DNA of 63,738 nt, the filler included, from Reticulomyxa filosa (Eukaryota > Protista > Foraminifera), in NCBI GenBank assembly GCA_000512085.1. It is 21 parts of 21 records of this genome, joined end to end, with 100 filler letters (N's around TTAATTAATTAA, not from the genome) between each part and the next. Parts side by side here need not be neighbours in the genome. Positions count along the whole stretch, not along the records: positions 35,553 to 42,045 come from ASPP01013314.1; positions 42,146 to 43,312 come from ASPP01010624.1; positions 43,413 to 44,993 come from ASPP01016130.1; positions 45,094 to 50,101 come from ASPP01029421.1; 17 more parts are not named here. One strand, written 5' to 3'. Both the position numbers and the translations under genes were made by a program. The notes below the pieces were generated by a model. It ran no database searches and was not told where the DNA came from. It saw only the letters and a program-made list of their open reading frames with translations. Each line of letters starts with the position of its first letter. Positions within the stretch are counted from its first letter, which is position 1. Shown here piece after piece: positions 37,063 to 50,101 of the stretch.

Positions 37063-40000
37063 TCAGCGATCGGACTGATTGACTGTGTACGTTCCGACAT
37101 GCTTCGGATATGTTTCCATGATGTTTCGGACTCTTTTTCCAGGGGATAACTGGAATTGAGAGTTCCTGGTGATTAAAAACAGTCGAAATGACTGTTCGTT
37201 GAAGTCCACTACCGTCTCTCCAATGCAAATGACAGGACGACCTAAGGAGCCGCCACTAACTCCATTGTCACTGGCTCCATGTCTTTGCGTTTGTCGTTTT
37301 AGCAATGGATACAAGAAGGGCTCGATTTCCTCCACATCCAAGATAAGCAATGTTTTACCAAAGCGCACACTTAGCTCCAAAGTCTTCACAAATTTGGAGC
37401 CTCCATATTGGATGACCTCCAAAGGTCGATCGCCCTGTCCCAAGTAATTGACCAGCCATTGTTTGGCCTCGGCATTCGGATCCACAATGATCGGGAACAA
37501 ATGTGTCTGCAACATGATCATTGCATTTTCATACGCCAATTGATAGTCGGGTAGTCCTTGAGATTTCCACAGCATTTGGTCGTTCGAGCCAACCATGAAA
37601 TGGAGCACGTCCTGTTTAACACTTGATCCTTGCATGTTGGAAGCATTATCATTCCAAATGCATTTACGCCACTCTTGAATAGATTGAGCCCTTTCATCTT
37701 CAGGACATGCACCTTAATAAAAATTATATATGTATATATATATATATAAATAAATGTGAACATGTCCCTTCACTCGCTCACTCCTTTATTTATTATTTTT
37801 TTTTTGAAACAACGGAAATCTACCAAGATATGTATAAAAGCACTGCTCATTAAGCAATGTTTTGGTATATCTTCGGCGAAGCTCTCCATTTGTTGCACTT
37901 GTTCTTGCCAACGTAGCTTTTCGTCAGCCAATTTCAAGATCAACAATTGAGCCTTTTCCAAAGTGTCTTGCACCTGTTTGAGACTGGATTTGAGCAACTC
38001 CGTTTCACTGGTGATTTTTCCAAAGTTGCATTTCAATGTTGCGATATGTTCATTGACAGTATTTAGCTCCGTTTGGACCTCATTCATGCTTTGCGTACTG
38101 CTCAGCAGCTGCTTTTCAAATTTTTTCAGTTCGCTGTTCAGTGGCTCTATTCTTCGAAGCACTTTGGAGTACTCGACATTGGCTTTGACCCAGGACGCCA
38201 AAGGAGCAGCTGCCAAGGAGACTCGTTTGATACGTTCACTGTCAAATGACTCTTTTTTTGTAGTCAACAGCTGCTCGATTTGCACAAGAATCTGTGGATT
38301 TTGCCGAATTTTTTCGGGCAAATCCAAATGCATAATTTCGTCTTTTACCGAGGATTTGCTCAAAAAATTTTTTACGGAGCCCCATGTGGTGTCGAAATTG
38401 CCCATTAGCAATAGCACTCCACTTAAAACGTCGTGAATGGCTTCTGGAGCCATTCGCAGCATTCGGAGTTCATTTAACGAGTCTTTTTTGATATTTCCCA
38501 CAGCCTTCTTTGACTCTTCTACCAATGGCTGGACCATGGATAACTCAAATTCAATGCGTTTTTTTTGCTCACTTAACATTTTCTCTTCTTTTTCTAATTG
38601 CACTTGCAAACTATTCACTTGCTCTTTTCTTTCGTTTGCTATTGATATTGCTTTGGTAATATCCTCCAATGCTTCGTCCGCTTCTTTTTGCTTGCATTGC
38701 AGCTGTGTTTGTTGTTGCGATGCTTGTTGGGACAGTTTGTCGACAACCAACGTAGCTTCTTGTAACTAAATCAATTCATTCAAAAAAAAGAGTCAGTCAA
38801 AATTTAATATTATTTAAAAAAAAAGGGTATAGGTAACCTTTTCAATCCCTTTTGGTAAATGGCTTTTATTTTTGCCATTGCTTTCTTTTTTGAGTTCATC
38901 AGTTCGTTGAACAGCTCCAACAAACCAATGAACGATCGAGGACATGCGTTGCGATTGATATTTTTGTTGTGTAGTGTGACTACTTGTTCAAAGGTTGGAG
39001 CCTTTTGCTCGCTGGTTCCAGAGCCAATGACAACATACATGCACAATGTGTACAAATTGGAACACCTCTCAAACGAAGTAAAAAAAAAAAAAACAATAAT
39101 AATAATAATAATAATAATAAGAAAAAGTACCTAATGGTTGTCGTGTATTTCAGCTGTATGTACTCCAGCATACTTTTTTTGTCCCACTGCGTGCCCAGCC
39201 ACAGCACGTTGCACTTTTTCATGAAAGCAATATTACCTTCGCAAATGGCTCGAAATTTTTCGTGGCATGGATTTAAACTTGTTTGCAAAAAAAAAAAAAA
39301 CAGAGTGGGAAGAAGGAAACATGTTTTTTGCAAAAGCATCTTTTTATTTTTTTTTTATATCGGAAACAATAGAGGATTACCTCAAAACGACAATGAGGTT
39401 TTGTTGGATACGATGCACAAAAAAATCATATGTTGTTTGGAAATTGATGCCCTCTTGGCAATGTCTTTCTTTCAATGGATTTAGGAGTGCCTCCAACTCT
39501 TTATCTTGAAAGAGTCCAATGACCTCCCCACTGGTTATAACCTGATGGAAAAGCTGGAGTATTGTGTCATCCATCAATTGAAAGTCTTCGACAAAGAGTA
39601 AGATCTATACGTATCCCCAATGCCAAAAAAAAAAAATAAATAAATAAACCTCCTTACTTTTAGCAATGACAAAAAAAAAAAAAAAATAGACACACTCCAA
39701 ACTTTATTGCCATCCACTCCAGCGATACGTAACACTTCCTTGAACATGTTGCTAAAATAGGAGTGGATTTGAACCTTCTGTGGTAAACTTAAGGCTTTGA
39801 ATTGCATGCGCTGAGAATAACACAAAAGTTTGGTGATAATCTTCCTGCCCATCCCACTGGCTCCAATTAGTACACAATGATGGTTTGGCCCGGCACGTGA
39901 CAATGCTCTATCCACAGCAGCGACATTTTGCGCAAATTCATGGAATACCACTAACTCTATTTCTTGATATTCCTGTTTATCCAATTCAAAGGGTTTATTT

Positions 40001-42045
40001 ATATTTGTCCCCTGGAGGCCTGTTCAAAACACAAGAAAGCGTAACTTTTTCATAGGATCTAATAAGGGTCTTCAATGTGCTAACGAAATCTCCGGAATCG
40101 ATTTGGGCTAAAGGTTGTCCAAGTTGCTTCACGTCTTTTCTCTCTGTCATAGCGCCCGATACAAGGGTGGTAAAGAGAGCACGATTATCAAAGGGAAAAT
40201 TCAATTGATGTTTTGTGAGGGTGCTTTGAAATATGGAAATTATCCTTTGTCACAATGTTCAAATCACATTGATTAAAAAAAAAAGAGGCATTTAAAAAAA
40301 AGAGTCACTACCTTTCGAAGAGAGCCGTATTTATAATAAAAAAACACTACCTCTGTTTTTCAGTGCTATTGGTCAACCGATCAGAAAATATCCTGAATCC
40401 TTCATACGTCCATGCCTGGACCATATCGCAACAATCCAAAGGATAACGAAAGAGACCCAAACACCAAGTCGTCAGATCTCGAGAGGTAAACACGTAATGC
40501 GGCTGTTTGTCTTCGTGGAAATACTCTCTGCGCAAAGGAAAGGGAGAGAAACAACAAGATTCGGTATATACTTAATATAAAAATATATATGTATATATAT
40601 ATAAAAAAGAGTCAATTGAAAAAAAACTTGATTTGCTGGAATATATCAATCATCGCCATAACCAATTTGTTGATGAACTGTGGTGATAATTTATTCATTT
40701 TGAACGCACTCTTTACCATTTCCATGTAAAAGGTATAAATGCTCAGCAATTCAGATTGACTTGGCATGTTAACGTGAAGTATCGCATTTTGAGATGTCAA
40801 TCGGGTGGTCAGATCTTCCGTATGATTGATAGTGGTGAATATGAATTGAAAAGAATTTTTTTCGAAATGAACAAACTCCAAAGTGGATGGGTCGTAAAAA
40901 CCTTGGTAGCAAATGATCTGTTGCAAAAAAGTAAGGAACTGACGAGTGCCGTATTTGTCACTCTTTGGTAAGTTAATATTTCGAATCAACATCAACAAAA
41001 GACTACAATGATTGGGTTTCAATGTCTTGCCGACATTGCTGTTGTAAACTTGACACAATTGATACAGCTTTTGAATTAAATGAATTGCCTTGGTTTGCGA
41101 ATTGCACTCCAATGTTGCTACATTAACACATTTATTGTCGTCTCGTTGCAATGCATAATAGCACTCTTTCACCATTTTATGTTTCCCACACCCGTCTTCA
41201 CCGCTTACAATTATGGGATAGTGTTTCTTCATCCACACGGACAATATCGCCATATCTCGTTGAACATTTGATGTCCTTTATGTTTGTGTGTGTATGTGTG
41301 TATATATATTAGTTATACGTATAATTTTTTTTAATATGACGTATACATATATGTATTTTTATTTTTATATTTAATTTCATAACATACATAATCATTGGTA
41401 TATTATCTACGTCTAGCACTTGGTCGGTATATAGCTTGGATAAAATATCCTGATGTTGTTTGGATAGGGCAACGTTATCATAATGTCGAATTGCATTATG
41501 TTGTGGATCAAAATAGATGCAACCAATATTATCACGATTCAAGCCATTGGAGACAGTTTCTTCACTTAGCTTCAATATCTCCAGAGCAAGTTGCTGCTTG
41601 AACTTATACGTCAAATTGCAAGTCAATCCGCGTATACATTGAACTACAAATTCCTTTTTGTTGATCTTGTTCATGTCCGAAAAATTGTCCATATCCAAAT
41701 GGCACAAAGAGGATCGTAGTAACCCGATAATGGTTGTACGTATTACAAATATAGGTTCGTTGCTATTGATCATTTGCTGATGTAGCAAATGCACCGCTTT
41801 CAAGAAAATATCGTGCATCCATCCTTGCACCTGCGTTTGCATTGCCGGTGCAATGGGTTGTTTTGACAACCAAGAATGGACAATGACATGAAATGGAATA
41901 TCCTCTTGGGATAAATGAATCATTTGCAAGCGACTAATGGTAGCTGGTGAAGCATAAGTCAAGTCATCAGTTTCGAAAATGAAATGTACATTGTTATCGT
42001 TGAATTGAATTCTTTCGCCATTGGGCAAGGATAACAAATGATTAT
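37063..42045 (-). CDS. DYNC2H1: Cytoplasmic dynein-2 (retrograde IFT) heavy chain, end of AAA2 through AAA3, AAA4, stalk/MTBD and start of AAA5; truncated at the 3' end
   Basis: LSLPNGERIQF..NVHFIFETDDLTYASPATISR, AAA3 GEDGCGK, PKSDKYGT, HYVFTSRDLTTW, AAA4 GASGMGRK, MTBD LNELRMLRMAPEAIHDVLSGVLLLMGNFDTTWGSVKNFL and LELSVRFGKTLLI are dynein-2-type wordings. Confidence 0.9.
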
Positions 42046-42145
42046 NNNNNNNNNNNNNNNNNNNNNNNNNNNNNNNNNNNNNNNNNNNNTTAATTAATTA
42101 ANNNNNNNNNNNNNNNNNNNNNNNNNNNNNNNNNNNNNNNNNNNN

Positions 42146-43275
42146 AGAAAGAGAAAAAGAAAGGGAAAAAGAAAAAGAAGTAAACCACAGCAAAGACCAA
42201 TACCAACGGTATCCACATTGCTCGCAAAGACAGAAAAGACGAAGAAGACAATAATTCCCAATTTCCGGCCAACCAATCCCTCTGAATTATCAGCTGCGTC
42301 TACTCCTTCTTCTTCGTCGTCTTTTGTTCCAGCACGTCGAACTGCGATTCCAAGCATTGATTTTGTCGACACAACGACAACAATAGTATCAGCATCTGCT
42401 TCTACCGCGGACATCAATGGTATATCGTTGAATCACGATTCACAAACGAACAAAGATAAATTGGTGAAGGAATCATTGATCAAGCCAAACTCTTTCTCCG
42501 ACTCCGAAAGACCAGCTTCTAGTGTCGTTGTTCCAAAAAAAAAGGATGTGTCAAATATCGCTCCCTCTCTGCTAAGAAGTGCAAGAAACACATCAACAGT
42601 ATCATTGCCACCACCAATAACAACAGCAAATGAAAACATTGGAAAAATGAGTGGAGCAACGAAAGCGTCACCAGAAATACATGTTGCACATGTACAATCC
42701 TATCAGCAAGAGCCATTGCCTTCCTCCTCGTTATCATTATCATCAGAAAGAGCATTTTCCTATACAAAGAATATGGGTGGATCTGGTTATTATTCCACAT
42801 TGGGCGTGTCCGTGAAAGACGCGGAATTGAACGACGATTATAAGTATGATTATGGCTATGATCTTGGATATGGGGATGGCGAGGAGGAGAATGGAATCGA
42901 CATGTCCACAGTTAACGAAAGATCACACAAGTCAGCCTCAATCGGACCTGCAGCGTTTTCTCCATCCTCTACTTCGCGTGTCCCCCCTCCTCGACTGATC
43001 GTCCGCCCCACCTCCATTTCTTCGGTTGTCCTCACACCCAGTATCCGAGCAGCGCCAAATGCAACTGCAATTGCAACACCGCCCTCAAGTGCAACCTCTA
43101 CACTTGTTACATTTTCCGATGTCGCCGCCTTCAATACCAATTTCCCAATCGCGGATTGGATTGAAAAATTGCGCGGCAATCAAATACTTCCCATTGTCGT
43201 TGATGATGTTCATGGATCTGTTGAGTTGTATTGTCGTTCCTTCTTTTTCAACATTTCATGTCACAATCTCCTTTA

Positions 43276-43310
<35 letters not shown>

Positions 43311-43312
43311 AA
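42146..43312 (+). CDS. Ser/Pro/Thr-rich low-complexity exon of a hypothetical protein (partial)
   Basis: About 1.05 kb of open frame ending in an ordered segment, FPIADWIEKLRGNQILP...VELYCR, before a probable intron. Confidence 0.6.
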
Positions 43313-43412
43313 NNNNNNNNNNNNNNNNNNNNNNNNNNNNNNNNNNNNNNNNNNNNTTAATTAATTAANNNNNNNNNNNNNNNNNNNNNNNNNNNNNNNN
43401 NNNNNNNNNNNN

Positions 43413-44284
43413 AAAAAAAAAAAAAAATTTAATAACAGCGAAGCCACGAAAAAGATAATCCAATAAGGCAAGAAAAAAAATTGTCCCGAGTACTTCCAAT
43501 TTCCAAAAGTGGCATAGTGTCGAATAAAAAAAGACGTTGAGACTTGTGACGAAGGGATCAGCTCTTTTTGAAAATGGTCGGAATTGCTGGTTGCATGCGT
43601 ATTAACCGTGACAATATTATTTTGATCTCCTTTCGCATCAGTACTAATAATTGCTGTTGTTGTTGTGGTAGTAGTAGTAGTAGTAGCGATTAGCTCCGCT
43701 TCCATATGCTGACGTCTTCCATCGCTGATTGATCCTTTTTGTGATTGTGACAATAGCCCAGCATTTCCAGCTGTCGCCGTTGGCACAATTGTCTTTCGAT
43801 GGCTCACCACACTGTTGCGATTGTTAATACCTTCCAACAACAGGTTCTTCCATGCATGTGATGCATTGTCTTGTGCGTAGTTCAGGTCAAAGTAAATGAC
43901 GTATACTCGCCATACGATGCAGGTGAATACCGCAAGTATATGAACTGTATATAGGATGCGCAGTTTATTGAACGTACTGTTATCACCTCCGTTATTGTTT
44001 GCCGAAGAAAATATTCCAATACTACTGGCCAAGTAATCAATGGTCGCTGTTATCGTCGTGTACAATAGCAAGATTAGCAATATTATCAACACTATCGCTG
44101 GGCGACGCTGCTCGATTGGCCGTAAGTGCTTGTGAATATAAAAACGGTACGTGTTGTACACTGTCACTGGAAGCGCTATGAACCACAACACAAATATCAT
44201 ACCCCAAGCGCAGCCGCATATCGCCTCTGGGGAGATACCATGTGCTTTGTCCTCTTCACTGTAGCTGCACCAGGATGGTGACAT
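43413..44284 (-). CDS. Multi-pass membrane protein, 7TM/GPCR-like N-terminal half; 3' partial
   Basis: At least four hydrophobic helices with a basic loop (RPIEQRRP) and a long Thr-rich loop. The start is likely MSPSWCSY. Confidence 0.55.
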
Positions 44285-44611
44285 TTTATGCCCCTTCCAA
44301 TAGTTTGAACCAGACAAAAGGACCAAAAAAAAACACTAAGTTTGGCTACAAAAGAGTTAACTTTGTTTAAATTATATTTCCATGCAAGAAAATACTCGCA
44401 TTTTGGAGGTAATGCAATTCAAAAGCTTATTATATTTTCATTACAAAGTCGTTTTCTAACATTTAAAGTTCCAATTTTTTGTTGTTGCTATTATCAGTTA
44501 TTTAAAACTCAATAACTTATTCCAATAATGTTGAAAGTTTGGTTGAGCTTGTAATGTCAGGTGCTTGACAAATTATTGCAACAGCAATGAAAGCAAAAAA
44601 AAAAGGAGTAT

Positions 44612-44970
44612 TTAAATACTCCAATAAAGATTGTTTATAGTAGAAGAAGGAAATCCGTACATATTTGGCGGAATTTTAATTATCTGGACAGTTGTTTCTT
44701 TTTGGTAGACATTGATATGTGGAACAAAAGACAAATGTGCATACTTGCTGAAACTAGTGCCGAAATCTTTCAACTTATGTTCTTTTCCTTGCCCATATTC
44801 AAGTACTTCTTTCCATTTCAATTCCTTGCGCTCCATATCCAAGTACATATCTACAATGCTCTCTTTCTTTTTGCCCCAAACCAGCTCTCCTACATTCGTG
44901 TACTTGGAGTCATTATATTCACCAGGATAGCATCCTTCATATCCAAATACTGTGTCGAGAAAAGAATGAG
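44612..44970 (-). CDS. Last exon of a hypothetical protein with SPRY-like beta strands
   Basis: IVDMYLDMERKELKW and FVPHINVY...TVQI resemble the C-terminal half of SPRY. The frame ends in TAA at 44612. Confidence 0.4.
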
Positions 44971-45554
44971 ATAGAGAGGAAAAAAAAAAAAAANNNNNNN
45001 NNNNNNNNNNNNNNNNNNNNNNNNNNNNNNNNNNNNNTTAATTAATTAANNNNNNNNNNNNNNNNNNNNNNNNNNNNNNNNNNNNNNNNNNNNGACATCT
45101 CCTTGGGTAGCATGAATCACAGCAAGTACTATGTCGAGACCACCTTTACTTAAAATATCATCGCATTTTTCTTTCATCATTTTTTACCAAATCAAACAAA
45201 ACATTTCAATTAAAAATAGTAAAAAAAAAAGGTAAATCATAGCAAAATTCATACTACGTCTGTTGCTAATTGTGTTAAATAACGACATGCTTGATTATCT
45301 TGAAATCATTACTATATTCCAATTTCGTACTATTTTGTAAGTACGATAAAGTTTCATCCTTGGCGAGATTGGAATTTGGGTTTGAACTTGTGGTGCTTAG
45401 TGCTGTGAAGCCACAGATTTTTTTTGAATGTACGTCTCTTCTTTCACTTCGGCAAAAGTTGTTCCACTGCTTGTGATTAATCTGTTACATTCGCAGGCTC
45501 TGCACCCTTACCATCGTCCCCTTGATGGTCATAGTCTTCTTCGTTAATTTACTT

Positions 45555-45860
45555 ACCTTTGTCATCGATTCTTACCAAGTAGTTGGACGGCATCAATATA
45601 TACTCACTATTTTCATCCACAGCGTACCACCAGCCACTTGGGCTTACCTGTACATTGCGAAATTTTTTTTAAAAACAATCAAGATATTCCATTTATTCAA
45701 AGCATTGCCCACAGTTGTTTGAAGAACGAAACACAGAAACAAATAAACATGTTCATACTTGCATAATGACGTACTCGCATCCTTCGCGCAAGTCCAGCTC
45801 ATATGCGACTGAAGCTTAGTAGTCTTTAATAGCATGGCAACGAAACTCCTCTTCCATTTC
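45555..45860 (-). pseudogene. SH3-domain gene remnant
   Basis: Spliced translation EFRCHAIKDY*ASVAYELDLREGCEYVIMQ|VSPSGWWYAVDENSEYILMPSNYLVRI, with an in-frame TAA at 45816-45818 and an eroded GWxP motif. Confidence 0.75.
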
Positions 45861-46789
45861 AGCAATGACTTGAAAAAAGCTCAAAAATAATCACCTAAAT
45901 AATTGAACCCTTTTGTCTTTTTGAATACAATTCAGTACAATGAATGCTACGTTTGCAATCAAAGCCAAAAACACTTGGTGTTGTGCCCCTTTGTCATTGA
46001 CGTATAACACTGCAACACAAATTTCATGCTATGCTGTACATTGACGATTAATCACAGATAAAAAAAGCAATTAGTTAATGAATAAAAAATGTAAAGTTAG
46101 TAACAAGAAAATGCTTTTGTTTTCTCAAATGTTCCAGACTAGATTATATCATTATGTTGCACAAAAGCAGTGATAAACAAACCTTATACCATCTTAGCTG
46201 CTTGTTTCCAAAGGCATACAACAGACTTTGTCGAGACTTTTTGCCAGTCACTTCATCCACAGATGAACCGTCATCATACTTTTATTCAGTTTTCAAAAGT
46301 GTTGATGCCATCGGTAATGTATTGATAGATTTTTTTATTTCCTCTTACTGACAAAAAAAAGCTTGGCAAGTTTTCCGTTTGTAGTGGCTGAAGTTGAGCA
46401 ATCTTGTCACATAGTCACAGTATTAGTTGATAGTGAAATTAAAGGTTTAACAAGCCTTCTATGTTTAGTGAAGATAAGACTGATATATTTAACTCTTTTA
46501 ATTACAATTTAATTGAATGCAATTCAAAACAATTCAAAAATTTAAACTTCAAATAAAAATAAAAAATGTAAATCTCACCCCAATAAGAATTTCAAGTAAT
46601 TTGTAGATAATATTTTTTTGCTGAAACGTAAAGAATATTGGAATGCTTATTTTAAATTAAAGAAAAAAAATAGATTGAGCCAGTTAGATATAGCGCAATA
46701 TTATGTATCGTTACAAACATTTGTCATTATTGTAAAATCAGTCAACAAATTGAAAGAACTAAAAGAACATTCCTTATATAAGATACATA

Positions 46790-47050
46790 CACTTTTCTTC
46801 AGATGGCAAATTCATTACATCTGGTTCACATGATAGAACGATTTGAATATGGGATGTTGGAACAGGAAAAGAAGTAGTGACATTAGAAGGACATTTAGAT
46901 ATGATAAGAGGTTTGAAATGTTTTCCAGATGGACAAAATATTATGTCTTGTTCTAGAGATAGAACAATTCGATTATGGGATGTAAAAACATGACAAGAAA
47001 TACAACAATTAAAAGGACATGTTGATGCAACAATTAAAATATGGGAATAA
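46790..47050 (+). pseudogene. WD40-repeat gene remnant
   Basis: [30 protein letters not shown]...FPDGQNIMSCSRDRTIRLWDVKT*QEIQQLKGH, with TGA at 46844 and 46991. Confidence 0.85.
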
Positions 47051-49564
47051 CAAGACCTAACTCAAATAAAAAATTTCCTTTTTTCTTTTTTTTTGGAAAT
47101 TCAAAATTAGATAAATATTGTTTCGAATGTAGTATAATGTGATAAAAAGGTTTCCATTATAATACAAGCACTTTTTAAAAATATATTTCATAGAACTCAA
47201 ATTTCACCCAAAAAAATAAATCCGATTAGCAGTTCTTGAAATTAGATTTTAAATAAATCAACAAAATGTATGAATATTTGAAAAAACAAAAAATGCAATG
47301 TAAAAAGAAAAAATCTTATAATCACATTTCTTGAATATTGTTGCGTTTGATTATTGAAAAGTTCATCAATAACATCTAATTCTTATTTGTACCACCATGT
47401 TAATTTAAAAAACGCAAATAAATTGCTTATTGGCAACTTTGATTCAAGCACAATATCAAATTAAGATGGTAATAATTTTGATAAATTGCTTCAGATATTT
47501 GAAAAACTTGAATTACGATTTTTTTCATTATTTTTAAAAATATAATCATAAAAAATAGTTAATTTACACCGCTTTGCAAAGTGTTTCCAGAAGTGATATT
47601 TTCAGGACAATTACATCGTAGTTACCAGCTGTCTCATAATCTCCCTCCAAATTCTTAATAGTAAGATAGTGAAATAGTTTTGTACTATTTTTATGTCAAT
47701 CCTTTTCCTCAACAGCTACAATAGTTGTCCTTTGTTGGCTTAGATTGATGTCTCTATCGTTTTCATCAGACAAGCTGGAAAAGATATCGTAAATAGATAT
47801 GATGTCTGTTTCGGGACTCCCTGCTGTGATATCAGACATGCGAATTCTCATTCGAACATTGGAGCCAGTGTATCATCACCAAGTCATGTCTTTAATGCAA
47901 TTGATTAAATTTATCGTGACAGGAAACATTGGTACCATTAGCTGTGATAAGCCAAAATGTTCGGAATAAATGTTTATACAGAAATCACAATGTGTTACAT
48001 TTTTGATTGTTTTTATATAAAAAAGCACATCTGTAATAGAAGCAACCTAATCGTCTTTGAATGGAAAGATGATTGTCAAACATTGTTCGTTTTGCCCAGA
48101 GTCAAGGGATTGGAATGCCTTTAACTAAAGATAATAACATCACACGTGCAATTTTTTCAAATGATAGTAATAATGTTTTTTCGCAAGAGCTGCAGAAATA
48201 CATACGATTTATGTTCTATATCTATTATATTAATTAAATATTGCTCTTTATGTGTTTTGCAAAGATATTTTTCATATATTCAAAAGATGATTCATTTATA
48301 TTGAAAGGTATAGCCTACGCTGTACATAACTTTACACTTCCAAGACACATTTCGAAAGTAAAGAGATATTTTGAATCCATTCGGATGTGATAGACAGAAT
48401 GAATATTGGAGTAAATTTTATGTTAAAAGTGCTGTAATTCAAACGAAGATTTTTAAAGTTTGTTTTTTCTAATTTTTTCTTTTGATATTTTGATTTTTTA
48501 ACCAAATATTTTAATTACACCAAGAACGAGTCTTATTTATAAAAAAAAACTAAGATTGCCCACATCCTCCCGCCGTAGCCATTCATCTCAAAGTTTTAAT
48601 CACCCCGCTCAACAAATTTCACCCCAGAAACTCATGGTTCTTCTCAAACAAGGAAAGCAAGTTAGTATCAATTTCACTTTTATTTTTGAACCTATTATAA
48701 AAAAAAATTATTCCAATTAGTAAGTGTGTAATTAAAAAAATATCTTGCACTACGCCTTTATGAGCGAGACATCCGATCATCAAGTTTGCAATAATTTGCA
48801 AATTGATGGACAACTTAATCTCAACTCATCTAACTAGTAGTGCTTGTTTTTCTTTTACAAAAAAATGACATACCATGATTTTTATTCATTCAGGAATGTA
48901 TTACAGCGTCAAATATTATTTAAACGCCTGGTGTTACTGATTTTGTAATAATACCAAAACTTATGCGCAAAATTAGTGCGAAAACCCGGTCAGAAATACA
49001 CAACTGCACGCATAGCAGCTCGTGACCAGACAAAGCAAAGACTACCAATTGTCATGTTAAATGGGTTTCCTGAGGAGAATTATTTCGTCGAAATATATGA
49101 CTGAATTGAGCTCTCAAGTAAATTGTTGAGGAATTGCCGTGCACTGTTCCCCGTTTTAAAGTTTTAAAGTCAAATTGTGGTCCAACTACGAATCTCGTTT
49201 ACAAAATTTGTACAAATTTCAAGTTACAAAGGATGTTGTATCTTTCTTTCACTAGCAATATAAGTGGATATATTTTGGAATGTTTATCCATAATAACCTC
49301 TTTTTTCTGTGTTGTCATTGACAAACGTTCCCACGTACTATTTTAAAAAAATTCTGTGATGCAAAAGATTACTAAATATAATAAAAAGATTCATGCATTT
49401 TGCATAACGTCGAAAAAGTAAGCATACACTTTTTAAGAGTAAAAAACAATGTGTACACTATTTAGATAAAGAACAAAACTCTTTCAAACTCACACTTGTA
49501 CGATTGATGCCACAACAATAAAAAGAGGGAGAAAAAAAAAGTTGCAGCTGCCATTTTGCAATGT

Positions 49565-49990
49565 TTAAATTTTAACAACCAAATTTTCATTGTCTTCAAC
49601 GGCACCTCCTAAGAACATTTGTAAGGCTTCATCATCATTTTTATTTGGATAAACAAGAAAGTCTTGATTCATAATAGACATGGGATGACTTCCTTCTATT
49701 TTTTCGTCTGCTACATCTCCAATGACAATGCATTCATTGTCAATCGGTAATTCCCCGGCATTTTTGAATTTAAAATCCTTGCAGATTAATTTTTTGTGTT
49801 TGATTCGAACTCGATGTTGTTCTTCTTTTATTTGATCACTGCCTCGGAGCTTTCGTCTTTGTATCTTTAAGCCCCCCTTTGATCTTTTGTTCAAAGTGGT
49901 ATATTGAGACCCAGAAAATTCCGGAAATTTCTCAAAATAGTCTAATGATCGTGCCCAATTGATGCTTTTGACATCGGTATTAGATAAGTT
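49565..49990 (-). CDS. Last exon of a hypothetical protein
   Basis: Protein-like ORF (…ELPIDNECIVIGDVADEKIEG…NLVVKI*) downstream of an intron-like poly-T tract. Confidence 0.4.
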   Translation of the reverse strand, partial: NLSNTDVKSINWARSLDYFEKFPEFSGSQYTTLNKRSKGGLKIQRRKLRGSDQIKEEQHRVRIKHKKLICKDFKFKNAGELPIDNECIVIGDVADEKIEGSHPMSIMNQDFLVYPNKNDDEALQMFLGGAVEDNENLVVKI

Positions 49991-50063
49991 ATTATACCTT
50001 CAAAAAAAAAAGAAAAACTCTTTCACAAAGGTGTTGTTCATGTACGTATATAATGTAACAAAA

Positions 50064-50101
<38 letters not shown>

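Noticed and set aside
1081-46993. Stop-codon reassignment or selenocysteine to explain in-frame TAA, TAG and TGA
   Set aside because: All three stop types occur sporadically alongside frameshifts. Long conserved exons (PreP, dynein, HECT) have none, and genes terminate normally with TAA or TGA.
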